NCBI RefSeq assembly: GCF_009914755.1
Contig: NC_060941.1
Length of the DNA stretch: 64,000 nt
Reading direction: 5' to 3' (one strand)
Source of the DNA: the human T2T-CHM13v2.0 reference genome, Homo sapiens
In this document: one piece after another, positions 1 to 16,229 of the stretch
Layout of the letters: each line of letters opens with the position of its first letter
Position numbering within the stretch: the first letter of the stretch is position 1
Translations under genes and position numbers: made by a program
The notes under the pieces: generated by a model
Told to the model about the DNA's origin: nothing
The model's database searches: none
What the model saw: the letters and a program-made list of their open reading frames with translations, nothing else

Positions 1-151
1 ATCGCCCTTGCACTGAACAGCAGAGGCGTGGACTCCTTTTGGCTGATCTTTGCTCTGAGCACCCAGCGCTATGCCAAGGATGGGGAGCCCCATCCAGAGC
101 CCAGGCACCATCTCCAAGCAGATGGAGGAGCTAGGAACAGCTAGGAGGGTC

Positions 152-770
<619 letters not shown>

Positions 771-844
771 CCAGACGGGCAGAGAAAAGTCTCATCCGTC
801 CCCCAACCCCCATCCTCAGAACTGGCCTGGCTTGCAAGGAGGGG

Positions 845-970
845 ATTTTGTCTCCATTTCACAGATATTAAGGAAATTGGGTGCAGAAACTTTCAAGAGC
901 CTGCCCAGGATTCACAGAGTGAGAAGCCAGGGCAAAGCCAGAATTTAGACCTAGTGCTGTGTGGACTCAC
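845..970 (-). mobile_element. MIR fragment
   Basis: CCATTTCACAGAT...GGAAATTGGGTGCAGA...TGCCCAGGATTCACAG matches the antisense MIR core. Confidence 0.65.
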
Positions 971-1693
971 CCTTCCCACAGGAACATCCTGCTTCAGAAC
1001 TGAACACCTGCAACTCAGTGTGGCTCACTCGATCCCAGCTCTAGGGGGTGACCCGGCCACCCACACCACTCTCTCCCCACCCCACACCATGGGTTCTGGG
1101 CTGCCTCACCCTCCCTCATTGCCTCCTGCGTGCACAGAACATCCTTTCCATGGGGGACATGCATCAGGAGTAGAGAAGGCTGGGCAGGGACATGGTGTGG
1201 GATCGCATGCGGCTGATATTCCTGTTAAATAAATACATTTTGCTAATTGGATTACTCAGACAGTATAATATACTACTGGATTTCCAACATGATGCTAATA
1301 AATTGTGTGAAGAACTTAATCATGTTAGCGTCCTGAAAGCTTATAAGAGATGAAATGAGAAAATCAGGCAACGTTGACACCCAGGGCCTCCTAAGGCTCT
1401 CAGGCTCCTGGAGCTTCCGTGAGCTCCCTTCGCCGGGCTCTCTGCAACAGAAGCTGCCGCTGGGCATGTGGGGTGCGTGTGGGGGTGTCAAGGGGAGGGA
1501 AGAAGGAGGTATTCAGCCAGAGAATGAGAGTCACTGTGCCAGGGACTCGAGGACCTGTCCCTGGGCCAGGGGAGAGAAGCTGGCCGAGCAAGGTTCCCAG
1601 CAGGTGAAGCCACCCTGGCCCTCACACTCCTCTCATCAGCTGAAGGCCCAGCGGGTGCAGGTGGGCAGCACAGGGCCAGGCGGCCTGTGGTTC

Positions 1694-2135
1694 TGTGAAC
1701 CCAAAATATCTGAGACAGTCTCAGTTAATTTAGGAAGTTTATTTTGCCAAGGTTGAGGACGTGCGCCCATGACACAGCCTCAGGAGGTCCTGATGACATG
1801 TGCCCAAGGTGGTCAGGGCACAGCTCGGTTTTATACACTTTAGGGAGACAAGAGACATCAATCAACATATGTAAGATGAACATTGGTTCTGTCCCGGAAA
1901 GGCAGGACAACTGGAAGCAGGGAGAGGGCTTCCGCTCATAGGTAGAGAGGAGACAAATGGTAGCATTCTTTTGAGTTTCTGATGAGCCTCTCCAAAGGAG
2001 GCAATGCATGTATCTCAGAGAGCAAAGGGGGGACTTTGAATAGAATGGGAAGCAGGTTTGCCCTAAGCAGTTCCCAGCCTGACTTTCCCTTTAGTTCAGT
2101 GATTTTGAGGCCCCAAGATTTATTTTCCTTTCACA
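1694..2135 (-). mobile_element. MER4A/MER4A1 solo LTR (ERV1), complete
   Basis: TGTGAA...TTCACA termini; reverse strand begins TGTGAAAGGAAAATAAATCTTGGGGCC as in MER4A; perfect 4-bp TSD GTTC (1690-1693 / 2136-2139). Confidence 0.92.
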
Positions 2136-2619
2136 GTTCCCTCAAGGGTCTGTGCAAAAAGCATCAGGACCCTACCCACTCCCCTTGCTGCCAATGTCTT
2201 TCCAAAAGTGTTTCCACCCACATCTCCCTTCACACAGGGAACCACTGTGGGCTGAAGGTGGCCAAGAAGTTGTGGGAAGCACCTGCGGTTTTGAGGAGGG
2301 AAGGGCAGGGACTGAGCCAGGTGGCCGGAAGACAAGGCCAGGAGAGCCTCCATTAGTCCCTGAGAACTCCAGAGAGAGGTGGCTTCCCTCCTTGCCTTCC
2401 AGACTGGAAATCTGGGTGGTTGATGTTTAATTAACATTGGTATTGACTTGAAAAGCGAAGACCAGAATTTAAGAGCTCATTACCCCTCTTGCCTTCATAT
2501 CTTGGCTCCTGGCTACCCAGGAGGGGCTGAGGGATGAATGAGGGTCTGTGCTGCAGAGGCAATGAGACTTGCCGTCTCACCAAGCAAGCAAGTGCATAGC
2601 ACGGGACAGGCCATTAGAA

Positions 2620-2700
2620 CACCACGCACATGCACGTATGCACACTCACACCCAGGCACACTCACATGCATGCACACTCACACGCACACATGCACACACC
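2620..2700. repeat. degenerate (CA)n/CACG purine-pyrimidine tract
   Basis: Direct inspection. Confidence 0.8.
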
Positions 2701-3769
2701 TGAACTCAGCCCCCAAACAGGAGCACTCTTCAATGGCCATCATTAAAATAATAACTGGCTTCTGCAGCAGCTTCCCAGGTATTAATGCAAATGTTTTTCT
2801 AACTCTCCAGGTTCAAGAGCAACAGCTTACACAAGTCTAATTAGCATAACAAAATCCAGCCAGGAAGAGAAAACAAGCTCCTCTTATTTGATGCTTCCTG
2901 GTAATTAGCAAGAACAATTACTGCAGCATCCGGAATTTCCAACCCCCAAAGATGCCAGGGCCACACTTGAGCACATCAGGAATCAATTTAGAGAAGCCAA
3001 AATAAGGCCATTATGAGGGATGCTCAACCCGAGCGTGACATGTGTGTTTGCAAGCAAGCAAGCAAGCACTTCCCCGCCCACACCGCCCCTGTGCTGACCG
3101 CTGCAGCCTGCCTCCTGCCCTTCCCCGCGTCCACACACACACGCCCGTTCATACGCTCCTCGCCCAGGTCTTCGCGCATCCAGCATCCATTCATTCAGCA
3201 AATGTCAGCGACTGGACCTGCTGCTTTGTTCAGAAGGTGCAAAGGTGAGAAAGGCAAGGTCCTTGCACCCAAAGGGTCTGGTTGGGTGTGTTTAACCTGC
3301 ATTTCATGCTGCCTTCTGTGTGCTGGGCCCGGTGGTGCAGTGCAGAGATCAGAACAAGACAGCACCCATCACCAAGAATGTCACGCCCATGAGGTATTGG
3401 ATGCCTTCTAGGTGGTGAAGCCCGTGCCTGCCTCAAAGGGCACACAGAAGAGAGAGGGCCTCTCTCGTCCTGGGGTGGGTGGGTCATCAGAGACTTCATG
3501 AACCAGGTGACTGCAGAGCTGGGTTTGAGGATGAAAAGAAGTTGGTCATAGTGGGTGGACATAGGTCAGAAGAACAGAAAGAGTGCTTAGGTAGGCACTG
3601 TGGGATAAAGCCACAAAGGCAAGAAAAGGAGCGGGTGCTCAGGGACCTCGCAGCAGAGTGCAGAGGAGTGAAGGAAGGAGCCACAGGAGATGGGGCTGAG
3701 GAAGCTGGTGGCTGAAGGTCGTAGCAGGTTTCAGGGGCTGGGCCATGGATCGAGCAAGAGGGAATCAGG

Positions 3770-4058
3770 GTCCTGGTGCGATGACTCATGCCTGTAATCC
3801 CAGCACTTTGGGAGGCCGAGGCAGGAGGAACACTTGAAGTCAGGAGTTCAAGACCAGCCTGGCAAACATGGTGAAACCCCTTCTCTACTAAAAATACAAA
3901 AATTAGCTGGGTGTGGTGGCACGCACCTGTAGTCCCAGCTACTCTGGAGGCTGAGGCAGGAGAATCCTTGAACCTGGGAAACGGAGGTTGCAGTGAGCTG
4001 AGATCGCGCCATTGCACTCCAGCCTCAGAGTGAGAGTCTGTCTCAAAAAAAAAAAAAA
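3770..4058 (+). mobile_element. AluS, full length
   Basis: Dimeric Alu with poly-A; TSD AAGAGGGAATCAGG / AAGAGGGAGTCGGG. Confidence 0.95.
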
Positions 4059-4690
4059 GAGGGAGTCGGGAAAGGAGAGAAGACTGTATGGAAGAGGCAC
4101 GGTCAGTGTCGGTGGCTGGAGAGGATGCCACTGTCCCATCCAGGTGGGGTGGACAGTCTCCTACCCCCAGGCCAAGAGGGTAGGCATGGATCCAAACGGG
4201 AAATGACAGATGCTGGACTCCCCGGGAGAGAAATCCTGACTGCCTGCATGTCAGGCAGAAGGGAGAGGGAGGAGATGTCCAGAATGACCACGTGGATGTG
4301 GGGAGGAGGCTGGGGGAGCTCTGCGTCGATGGGATGGGACCGTCGAGGCCAGCTGGGAAGAGGCCCCACTCACATGACTCATTCATGTGGGTCACAGCCT
4401 TCTGTGTCCAACCTGTGTCTTCTGTTCAGATCTGCACCCTTGTTGATACCCAACTACCCAGGTGGAAACAGAGCCCTGTCGTGACCATTCACAGACGACA
4501 CAAGGCGTGGAGCCCCAAATAAGAGACTATGTCATGAGCTGAGCACCCCCACACCCATCTCTGCCTCAGAAACAGGTCTCCCAGCCTGAAAGGGAGGAAC
4601 CCTTCTCTTCTCCTTTGTAATGGCAGCCTGAGAGGTCTCCGCGGCTTCTCTCAAGCACCCACACTGAGGCTTTGCTATAAAACCTTCCTT

Positions 4691-4928
4691 CCAGCCTGGG
4701 CAACATAACATGACCCCATGTCTACTAAAAATTAAAAAAAAAAGAATAGCTGGGCATGGTGGTGCATGCACCTGTAGTCCCAGGGTGTTGAAGTGGGAGG
4801 ATCGCTGGAGCCCAGGAGTTCAAGGCTGCAGTGAGCTATCATCATGCCACTGCACTCCAGCCTGGGTAACAGAGTAAGACCCTGTCTTAAAAAAACAACA
4901 ATAACAACAACAAACAAACAAACAAAAA
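4691..4928 (+). mobile_element. 5'-truncated AluJ
   Basis: AluJ right-arm diagnostics (GAGCCCAGGAGTTCAAGGCTGCAGTGAGCTAT); (AAC)n tail; TSD AAAA(C/T)CTTCCTTCC. Confidence 0.9.
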
Positions 4929-5206
4929 TCTTCCTTCCTTCCTGGTCTACTTCCCTGTGCTTCTGCTTAAGCTGATCTTACCTGGTGCCCAGTGGAAGCA
5001 AGACAACTGGGCACCTTCTTCCCTCTGCAGAGCCCGTGAACACCGTGGTGAATCTTTCGGGAGCTCCTTTGCTCAGGTAACCCTTTCCCTGGACACATGC
5101 TCCTGATTCGCAGGCAGGCCTCATCTTATCTGGGCCTTCAGTGAGGTGAGGCCTCACTCAGCATTTCAATCTGGAACATCGAGTTGACAGAGGGTAATTC
5201 ACATAA

Positions 5207-5522
<316 letters not shown>

Positions 5523-6487
5523 TAATTAACTTCTAAATCAAAAGTTGGAACTGAAAATGCAGTTTTCCTTGTCCTTCACATTCCAGGTTGATTTCTCCCA
5601 TCTCCCTTCCTTGGAGATGTGGGAAGAGAGGGCCGATGGTCCTTCTGGATGGGAAGCACAGCCGGTCCACACTGGTGTCCTTCTCAGTGCCCAGCGGTGG
5701 AACTCAGGGTATGCTGAATGAATGGAGGAAGGAAGCCGTCAATCCCCTACCTCCTTTCTCTCACCGCAGTAATGAAGTATGCGCTGCACTTTCTCATTAG
5801 GAAGCATTTCTCTTTCCATCCCCACATTTGCATCTTCCAAGCATTGTGATGCTTTTCCAATCTAGAAGGAGGAAGTGGAAACCCTAGTTTCTGTGGGCTT
5901 CGTCATAGTGCCTTTTTCCTAATCCATTGGCCTCTGGTTACTCTCCTCTGAGCCACGTTCCTGACGTGCAAAAAGCTGCAGGAGCCCCAGGGCCATTCCA
6001 ATGCCATTTCTTGTCCAACCCGCTCTCCAGTCCTTGCAGTGCAAGGTGGCACCTCAGGGCAAGCCTCATGGGGCCAGAGTGGGGAGGCTCCCAGCCCACT
6101 CTGCTGACCCCTTTGTCTCCACCCGGCCAGCACCTTGGCTGCTGCATGAAGGTGGTAGGAATCAGGGGGCAAATGTAGAGAAGCACAAATACCAGGCCAT
6201 GGTGCTTGCTGCAACTGGAGGTAAAACAACGTGAGTCATTTAAACTGCAGGCTCCAGGCTGGAAGGAAGTCTCCAGCAGTGAAAAGAGAAAGGAAGGGAA
6301 GGGGAGGGAAGAGGAGACAGGTGGCTGGGCAAAGGAGACGAGGGGAGGAGAATTCCGGGCATAGGAAACAGGATGTACAAAGGCTCCAAAGGCAAGGAGA
6401 GCTCAGGGAAATGCAGGCCAGCCAGAGCAAGGAGGGGGCAGGCCCAGGTGAAGGTGTGGGGTGGGCACAGGCAGCCTACAGGTGCCG

Positions 6488-7564
<1,077 letters not shown>

Positions 7565-7636
7565 GAAAGCTGCATTCAGTGTGTGGACTTCATCCTGGGT
7601 GAAGGGGATATGGCTTTCGCTAGGATTGAAAGCACA

Positions 7637-8525
<889 letters not shown>

Positions 8526-8799
8526 TCACGGCCTGCCAGGTAGAAGCCTGGAGCTCCTTACCCAGGTCTCAGTGAGTGTGAGGTCATTCTCCCGGGTCCG
8601 TGGCTGCTCACTCGTGCTGTGAGTTGCCAAGACCCGGGGTGATCTTATTTTGGAGACATTTGCCCCAGCCTCCAAAGCAAGGCATTCCAAAGTACAGGCT
8701 TCCACGCTGGACAGGTAGACCAGCTGCAGTCATCTGCCCTTGGTTATCCTCACATCCACGGTTTTCATTTGAACTGTCTTTATCAGGCACACAGAAGCC

Positions 8800-9320
8800 G
8801 CTTCTGAATTCCCTCGCAGCCTCCGTGTATCAGAGACCCAGTGCCAGCCTGGGCCGCCGGGGCTTGAGATGAGCGCTCTTCCTCCCTCCCGACCCCAGCC
8901 TGATGCCCCAAAGCCCTCCAGAGGAAATCAAAGCTGGCGAGAGCCACGCGGATGTTCAGAAGAAGTCTCTTATCCCGGCAGCCTTTCACAGGCTGTGGGG
9001 CCTCGTGCCCTCTGCCCCCCGACGCCGTGAGAGGCCGGCAGCCAATTCGCGGCATTGTCTGAAACCCCTGCGTGGTGCCATTGCCGCCGTCTTTCATCCC
9101 TTTTGGCAAAGAACCCGCGCCATCGGGTCCTCTGAAGTGCGGGAGACGGATCGCTGATCTGCCGGGGAATGTGCTCTACAAGGTTAAGCATGTTTGCCCA
9201 AGAAATACGGATAATGCTCTTAGCACGTATGACCTTTACGATATGTGGAACACTGTCCGTGACAAAAATGCCATTTTTTAAATGGTTTTCACGCCGGGGT
9301 ATCCAGCCATTAATCATGCT
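8800..9320. promoter_or_regulatory. small non-repeat CpG island, candidate enhancer or promoter
   Basis: About 32 CpG in 8821-9300 by hand count, far above the flanks; no repeat similarity. Confidence 0.55.
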
Positions 9321-9783
9321 GCATATGAGTGACTGTAGGGGCTGCCTAGAAAATCCTAGAGCCCCACGTTAGATTCCTGGCGGGCCAAGGGCTGTGTGTG
9401 AACCTTGACTTCATTAGGATCTGCACCGCCGATGGCTTCCTGGGCTGGGTGGCCCCCGGGGGCTCCTGCAAAAGAGCCTGGCTTCTCAGCACCTTCACAG
9501 GAGTGGCCACGGGCTCCTTATTTTAAGGTGTCTTTGTGTCCTTGGAGCTGATAAATAACTCATTTTGGATGCCTCTGCTGAGCCTGCATATTTAGTGCCC
9601 ACGAACTGCATCTCGGATGCTGGAGGCTATGCCGCCCCTCTCCCTCCCTCTCCCGGCTGCAGAGCTGGGCATTGCTCAGTAGGGGAATGGCTGATGCTGG
9701 GCGCCGGCCTGATTGGAGGGAAGTGATAGAATTCAGGATTTTTACTTCCAAAAAGGCATTTTCCAGGGTCAGCCAGTTAATAC

Positions 9784-10098
9784 CTGCACAGCCCCAGTCA
9801 GAGAGCCCCCAGACGCCTGTGGGTCCCAAGCACGAGAAAATGAGTCTGGTCTGTGTCGAGAGGCACTGGGTGTGCAGAACACACACAGGATTTCAAAAGC
9901 TTGATATAAAAAGCACAAACTACCTCATTCATAATTTTCACACTGATTAGATGTTGAAATGATAATGTTTTGGAGATACTGGGTTAGATCATATGTATTA
10001 TTAAACTTAACTTTACCTTTTCTTTTTGACTTATTTCTTGTGGCCACTAGAAAGTTTAAAATTGCCGACGTGGCTTGCATCTTACCTCTGTCAGAAGC
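9784..10098 (-). mobile_element. MER33 (hAT-Charlie)
   Basis: GATTAGATGTTGAAATGATAATGTTTTGGAGATACTGGGTTA...GTGGCCACTAGAAAGTTTAAAATT matches antisense MER33. Confidence 0.8.
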
Positions 10099-10789
10099 TC
10101 AGGCCACACACCCATGCAGAGACCCACCCTGGGAGTGGAGAAGTGGATGGAAGGACAGAAGAGAAGGCCCTTCCATGCCCTGGGGGCAGGGTGCTCCCAA
10201 TCCCATTGCGGGGAAGGAGTGCTCACACAAGCACCTGTGCAACTGGCACCTTTTGGGGTCTGTTTGTGTTTTCCAGGCCTGACACTGGGGCAAGGAAAAG
10301 CCAAGACACATCGCACTTTATTAATCAACATTTAGTGATGCTTTTGGAGACAGGCAGAGGGAGCAAGGGGTGTCCTGAGTCCCCCTTTGGAAGGGAATGG
10401 GGATAGGGAGCAGGCAGCGGGCAGTGGGCACAGACAACCAGCAGTGCCCACCCAGATGATGCACTAATCTTCCCTCCCCCACCTCCCCTCCCCCGCAGTT
10501 TGATGCTTGGCTCTGTCCTGGTGGACTTCTTAAACCTGCACCAAGCGGCTGCTACTGCTGACCCCAGGGATGTCCTGACACTTTCTGGGTGGCCTCCAAG
10601 CCACATGCAAATATAACCCAATTTCCACCACTGTCTGAGGAAGGATGTGGGAAGTGCTGGTCCCCCCTGCAGCCCTCACCAATCTCCCCAGTGACCACAC
10701 GGGAGCATCTCTCCATCACAGCCACTCTGGACCCATTGCAGACACAGGAAGAGTAACAGCATCCCAGCCTGGCGGCGTCAGACGGTTTG

Positions 10790-11520
10790 GCAGAGTCCCT
10801 GTGCACCAGACCCAGTGTTAGGTGCTGAGGATTCACAGCAAACGCATAACCCCTGGACCAGCATGTGAAGTGATCATCCCAAACCCATCATGAGAGACCA
10901 AAGGGGGTCTTGGGATTCCTAAGGGCATTTAGCCCAACCTAAGGATTTGAAAATGTACCTGCCGAACATGGAGAAACTGGCACCTTGGGTGTTTTAAAGG
11001 ACAAATTGTAGGTACACAGGAAAAGAGAAGTGGGAGGGGCATAGAGGCAGAATATTGTAGAAGTAAGTGCTGATGAATGTGGGAGGGTCAACTGTGGGCA
11101 GTCTGTAGTGCAGGTGACGGTGGACTATACAGGCTAAGGCAGGGAGCGGCAGGAGACAAGGCCGGGAGAGTCACTGGGGTCTGGGGAAGGTCAGAAGGAG
11201 CCTTGAATGGCATACTCAGGATTCGATCTCCCTCCAATAGGCAAAGGGTGCCACCAAAGGGCTCTGAGCTGGGTGAGCGGCTTTGATTTAGAGTTTCCAG
11301 AAATGGCTCCAGCATCAGGGCATGAAGGAGGATTAACACCAAAGGCACAAAGTTTGGGACCTGAACTAGGACATTGGTATTAGGAAGAGAAAAGAGACAA
11401 ATATCTAAGAAATATTTAAAAGATGTAACTGGCCAGACCAGGCATCAGAGTCAACATGGTGGGCAAGGAAGAGCTGCCATTGTGTGTCTCCCGGATATGG
11501 GCTCTGATCTCCAGGTCAGA
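10790..11520 (-). mobile_element. degraded L2 remnant
   Basis: Purine-rich antisense L2 phrases (GTGTTAGGTGCTGAGGATTCA; GAGCCTTGAATGGCATACTCAGGA). Confidence 0.5.
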
Positions 11521-11699
11521 GAAAACTGCAGGCTGGCCTCAGTAGATCCCAGAGGCAGAAGCGACATCCACCAAGCCTGCCTCACTGGGCTGGAGCAGCC
11601 TGGCATCTGTGCACCAGCCTCCTGCTGACCTCTCACCGGCTGTCAGGACAGCCCAGGGCAGAGAGGTGACATCCAGGCTACCCGAGGCAGCAGGTCAAA

Positions 11700-12060
11700 C
11701 CCAGCTAAGTAACTAAATAAAGATATGATTGTAATGATGATTAAATATGAAGCACCTCATTAATTTCATGTGAGAGGTGGGGAAAACACAAGATAGCCCT
11801 TCCTCGAAACTCATTGTTTGCCTGGCCCTGAGACATCCCCACGCGATGTCTTGTTGGGTCTAATTTAAGTATGTACATTTAACGGTTCAGTAAGTAAAAT
11901 TGCCTTTATTGTTTGGAATGGTTTTTGCAATAATTTATGGGCTTGGCTGGTTCATTTGACGGGTCCCTATGATGGAGTACGTGTCGGCCCTGAAGCGGGT
12001 ATTTATATAAAGCACTCAGGGAGAATTCAGCCCTGCGGCCCTGAACATCATATTCCCAGG
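11700..12060. promoter_or_regulatory. candidate conserved non-coding element (homeobox-rich)
   Basis: Repeat-free AT-rich island with CATTAATT, CTAATTTA, TAATTTATGG, ATTGTT twice and retained CpGs. Confidence 0.45.
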
Positions 12061-13070
12061 CAGCAAGGGAGACTGGTGGAGGCCACCCTGACCCGGGAGA
12101 GGCAGCTGCATACACCCAGGACCGCTGCAGCTTTGGGCACCCTGGAGGGTTGAGGGGCAGGAGCCCAGTGAGCCTAAACCCTTTATTCTTTGGTTCTGAA
12201 GTGCCCTGGCAGTGCAACTTGGCACACAGAAACTGGAAAGAATGAGAAGCACTCGGAATGGGCAAAAACCTAGATGTTTTCCCACCCACTTGCCCTGGCC
12301 GCCAAGGCCTGAGTCATCCATCACCCACTTTCTGACCCGGCCTGCATCTTGGTCCTCCTCCTTGGATTCTGGGAGGAGAGGGGAGGTTTCCATTGCTAGC
12401 CCCAACCCTGGCAAACACTCCACACCCATGCCTGCTGGGGGCAGCTGGGGACAGCTGGGAATGGGGAAACTCATCCACAGAGAATAAAGGGCCAGCAAGT
12501 GATGAGTGGACATGACCAGCAAATGGGCCAGGCCCAGGAATGGATCCTGACCCAGTCTGAGGAGGGGCCAGGGCCGGGGCAGGGGCCAGCTGGAGGACCA
12601 GAGGGAGGGTCCAGATGGGACCCAGGGTGTCCATCTCACTGGGGACGAGGCAAACGCAGCTACCATGAGAAGATGGAGGTCTGGGAGGCAGGGCCCCGAG
12701 GCTCTTCCACACATGATGGATTTACTAGGTGGGGGGATAGAGTAGGTTGTAGCAGAAATTTGATCCTCTTTCATTTTGCCCTGGGGTAACTGGTGAACAG
12801 TCTTGAGCTCCTGCCAGCTGGAGCCAAAGAGGGGGAGCTCAGGGACGGCAGGTCGTTTTATGCCGTTGATCAATTCCTTGACCCTGCCCCTCCATTCTTT
12901 TTCCATCTCCTCCCCCTGTACTTTTGAGCCCTCCTCACTCTTGAAAAAAAAAAAAAGCCAGTACTGGAAATTAAAATTGGGTAGACAGAGAACCATTTAC
13001 CGCTTTGATTACCTAACTTCTTTCTTGAGCCGATGGTAAACTAGCCCAAGTTTAAAATATCCCACCTTTG

Positions 13071-13378
<308 letters not shown>

Positions 13379-14157
13379 TTAAAGGGCACAGACATTTTTA
13401 ATCTGGTCTCAATGATGCTGCTACTGGCACACAGCAAATGGGTGGTGCCTCCAGAGGGAAGGACGGCAAGTGTGGTCCGGGAGCTGATAAGATGCCTCCC
13501 TCCCTGCACTCAGCTCCGGCCAGCAGCCTCCTTATTCTGGGAGGGGGCTTCTGTGGACTCCACTGAGCCCCCCACACTCTGTCCATGTTCAGGTTCACCG
13601 ACAGCATCAGGTTCCATTCCTCCCTCTGCCTCCCCTTCCTCCCCTCATGATTGACCCTGTGGTGAGAGAGGGTGGTGACTCAAGATGCACAACACCTCTC
13701 GATTTTCCACTGAGCATGCACTGTGTGGACTATCTAAAGTCAATGTGTGCTTCCAGACCAGCATAATCGCACCCACGGCCCTCCCTACCCCGCATAAAAC
13801 AGGGGTACTCCAGGGGGAAGCTGCTTATCTGCGATTTGGCCTTGGAAAAGTGCATTTCAGAGAGGAAAGCAAACCACTGTCCAAGCTGCGTCCCATGCTC
13901 AACAGATAAACGCCCCAGGCTTCTATCTGATGCTGAGCTGTGGATAGAGGAAGGAAACTGTCCTAAAATGAAGCGGCCTCTGTCTTTGCTTCTAGCTCAC
14001 TTCTCCTTGTGGGGAGATGGGCCCCTCAAAACAGACTGATAACCACCAATTTTGCCACAATCCACTCTAACAGAGACAAGGACCTTGGCTATCCATCAAG
14101 GGCTCACTCACTTCCTGGCCATGGAGTCCATTTGGGTGGATTTTCTCATCTGTGCAG

Positions 14158-14551
14158 CCCACAGCTGGGCTCCCCAGAAGGCAGACTTTGAGACGAGGAG
14201 TTGACTGCAAGTCATTGAATTGGGAGAGGAATCCAGGAGTGGGGACAGGAGATGAGGACAGGAAGGCAACCAATAAAAATGCCTTATTCATACAATTATC
14301 ACCATGATCGCCAGGCGCTCCATCCCGCTTGGGAGCTCCGGCAGACAGCACAAGCTACGGTGGTGCACCAATGGCCTGCGCACACCTGGCTGAGGGTTGC
14401 TCCCAGGTACTCACTCATCAGTACTGTCTCCTGCACCTCCACCTGGTGGGATCCTGCTTCACGGACTGAGTCCCAGGTGTTCTAAATAACAGAGGTGAAG
14501 ATCAATGGGACATGAGGCATTGGGGTGGGGGTACTAGCAGGGTCTGCTACA
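14158..14551 (-). mobile_element. LTR33-like ERVL LTR
   Basis: GGGCTCCCCAGAAGGCAGACTTTGAGACGAGGAGTTGACTGCAAGT at one end; GTCTGCTACA (TGTAGCAGAC on minus) at the other. Confidence 0.7.
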
Positions 14552-15097
14552 CCATTTCATAGAGAGGAGAGGAAAGGTCAGCTGCGATTTGGCCAAGGCC
14601 ATGCAGCTCTTCATGGCCAACAGGAGACTCCAACTCCAAGGCCCAAACCCTCATGACTCTGTCAAAAGGCCTCCAGCCTGGCAACTCTCCCAGTTGAGCC
14701 ATTGTCAATGGGTTCCCCACAGGACCCGGGGTCCCAGGTTAGAGGGATTAGCAACACTCCTGCTGTGAACACATCCCCCTCCATCACCTGACCCCGTGGA
14801 GAGCCACACAGGGGAAGGCTCCAACCAGTGCCTCAGGCAAAATCGAGGAGGTGGCCGGAGGCTGACGTTGAAAATCCTGTGGTCTCCCAGCAAAGATCCG
14901 AAGAGTTGACTGAGCGAAGATCTGGCAAGTGCTGGTGACGGGAGAGGTTGGATTCTTCACACGCTGCCGGTAGGAATGGAAAGTCGTGTAGCCAACCAAA
15001 TTGTAAAATGGAAAATCATTTGGTTGTTCCCCAATAAGTTAAACATAGACTTGCCGTAAGATCCAGCAATTTCACTCCTAGAAATATACCCCGCAAA

Positions 15098-15407
15098 GGC
15101 CGGGCGCGGTGGCTCATGCCTGTAATCCCAGCACTGTGGGAGGCCAAGGCGGGTGGATCACGAGGTCAGGAGTTCAAGACCAGCCTGGGCAAGATGGTGA
15201 AACCCCATCTCTACTAAAAATACAAAAATTAGCCAGGTGCGGTGGCAGGTGCCTGTAATCCCAGCTACTTGGGAGGCTGAGGCAGGAGAATTGCTTGAAC
15301 CTGGGGGACGGAGGTTGCAGTGAGCCAAGATCAAGCACTGCACTCCAGCCTGGGGACAGAGTGAGGCTCTGTGTCAAAAATAAATAAAATAAAATAACAA
15401 ACAAACA
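15098..15407 (+). mobile_element. AluSg-like
   Basis: GGATCACGAGGTCAGGAGTTCAAGACCAGCC; TSD AGAAATATACCCC. Confidence 0.95.
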
Positions 15408-15558
15408 AGAAATATACCCCCCCAGAATGAAGACAGGGGTTCAAACAAAAACTTGTCCACAGATGTGTGTAGCAGCACCAAACAACCCAAATGTCCATCA
15501 ACTGATGGACGGACAAACAAAATGTGGTGTAGTCATAATACGAGCAAACGCAATTTCA

Positions 15559-15812
<254 letters not shown>

Positions 15813-16229
15813 GGAATGAAATACTGATACATGCTATAACATGGGTAAATTCTGAAGACACCATGCTCAGTGAAAGAAGCCAGACACAAAAGGCCTCCTA
15901 CTGCCGATTCCATTCATATGAAACGTCCAGAATAGGCAAATCCACAGACAGAAAGCAGATTGGTGGTTGCCTAGGGCTGCGGAGGTGGGGCGGGGCGGGG
16001 GGTGGGGGGTGGTGGGAAAAAGAAATGAGGTGTAATTGCTTAATGGGCACAAGTTTCCTTTTGGGGTGATGAAAATGTTTTGGAATTAGGAATGGCAGTT
16101 GCCCAGCACTGTGAATGTACTAATTGCTACTGAAGTATCACTTTCAAACGGTTAAAATGATACATTTTAGGTAATGCATATTTTGTCATAAAAAAAATAG
16201 CCACCCATCCTCTACCCCAGGAGAAGGGA

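Noticed and set aside
3496-4395. 299-aa ORF and many similar [16 protein letters not shown] ORFs
   Set aside because: Antisense Alu translations.
12016-12996. 326-aa minus-strand ORF
   Set aside because: No recognisable domain, P/S/L/G/W-rich composition typical of GC-rich non-coding DNA, and it runs through a poly-T tract.
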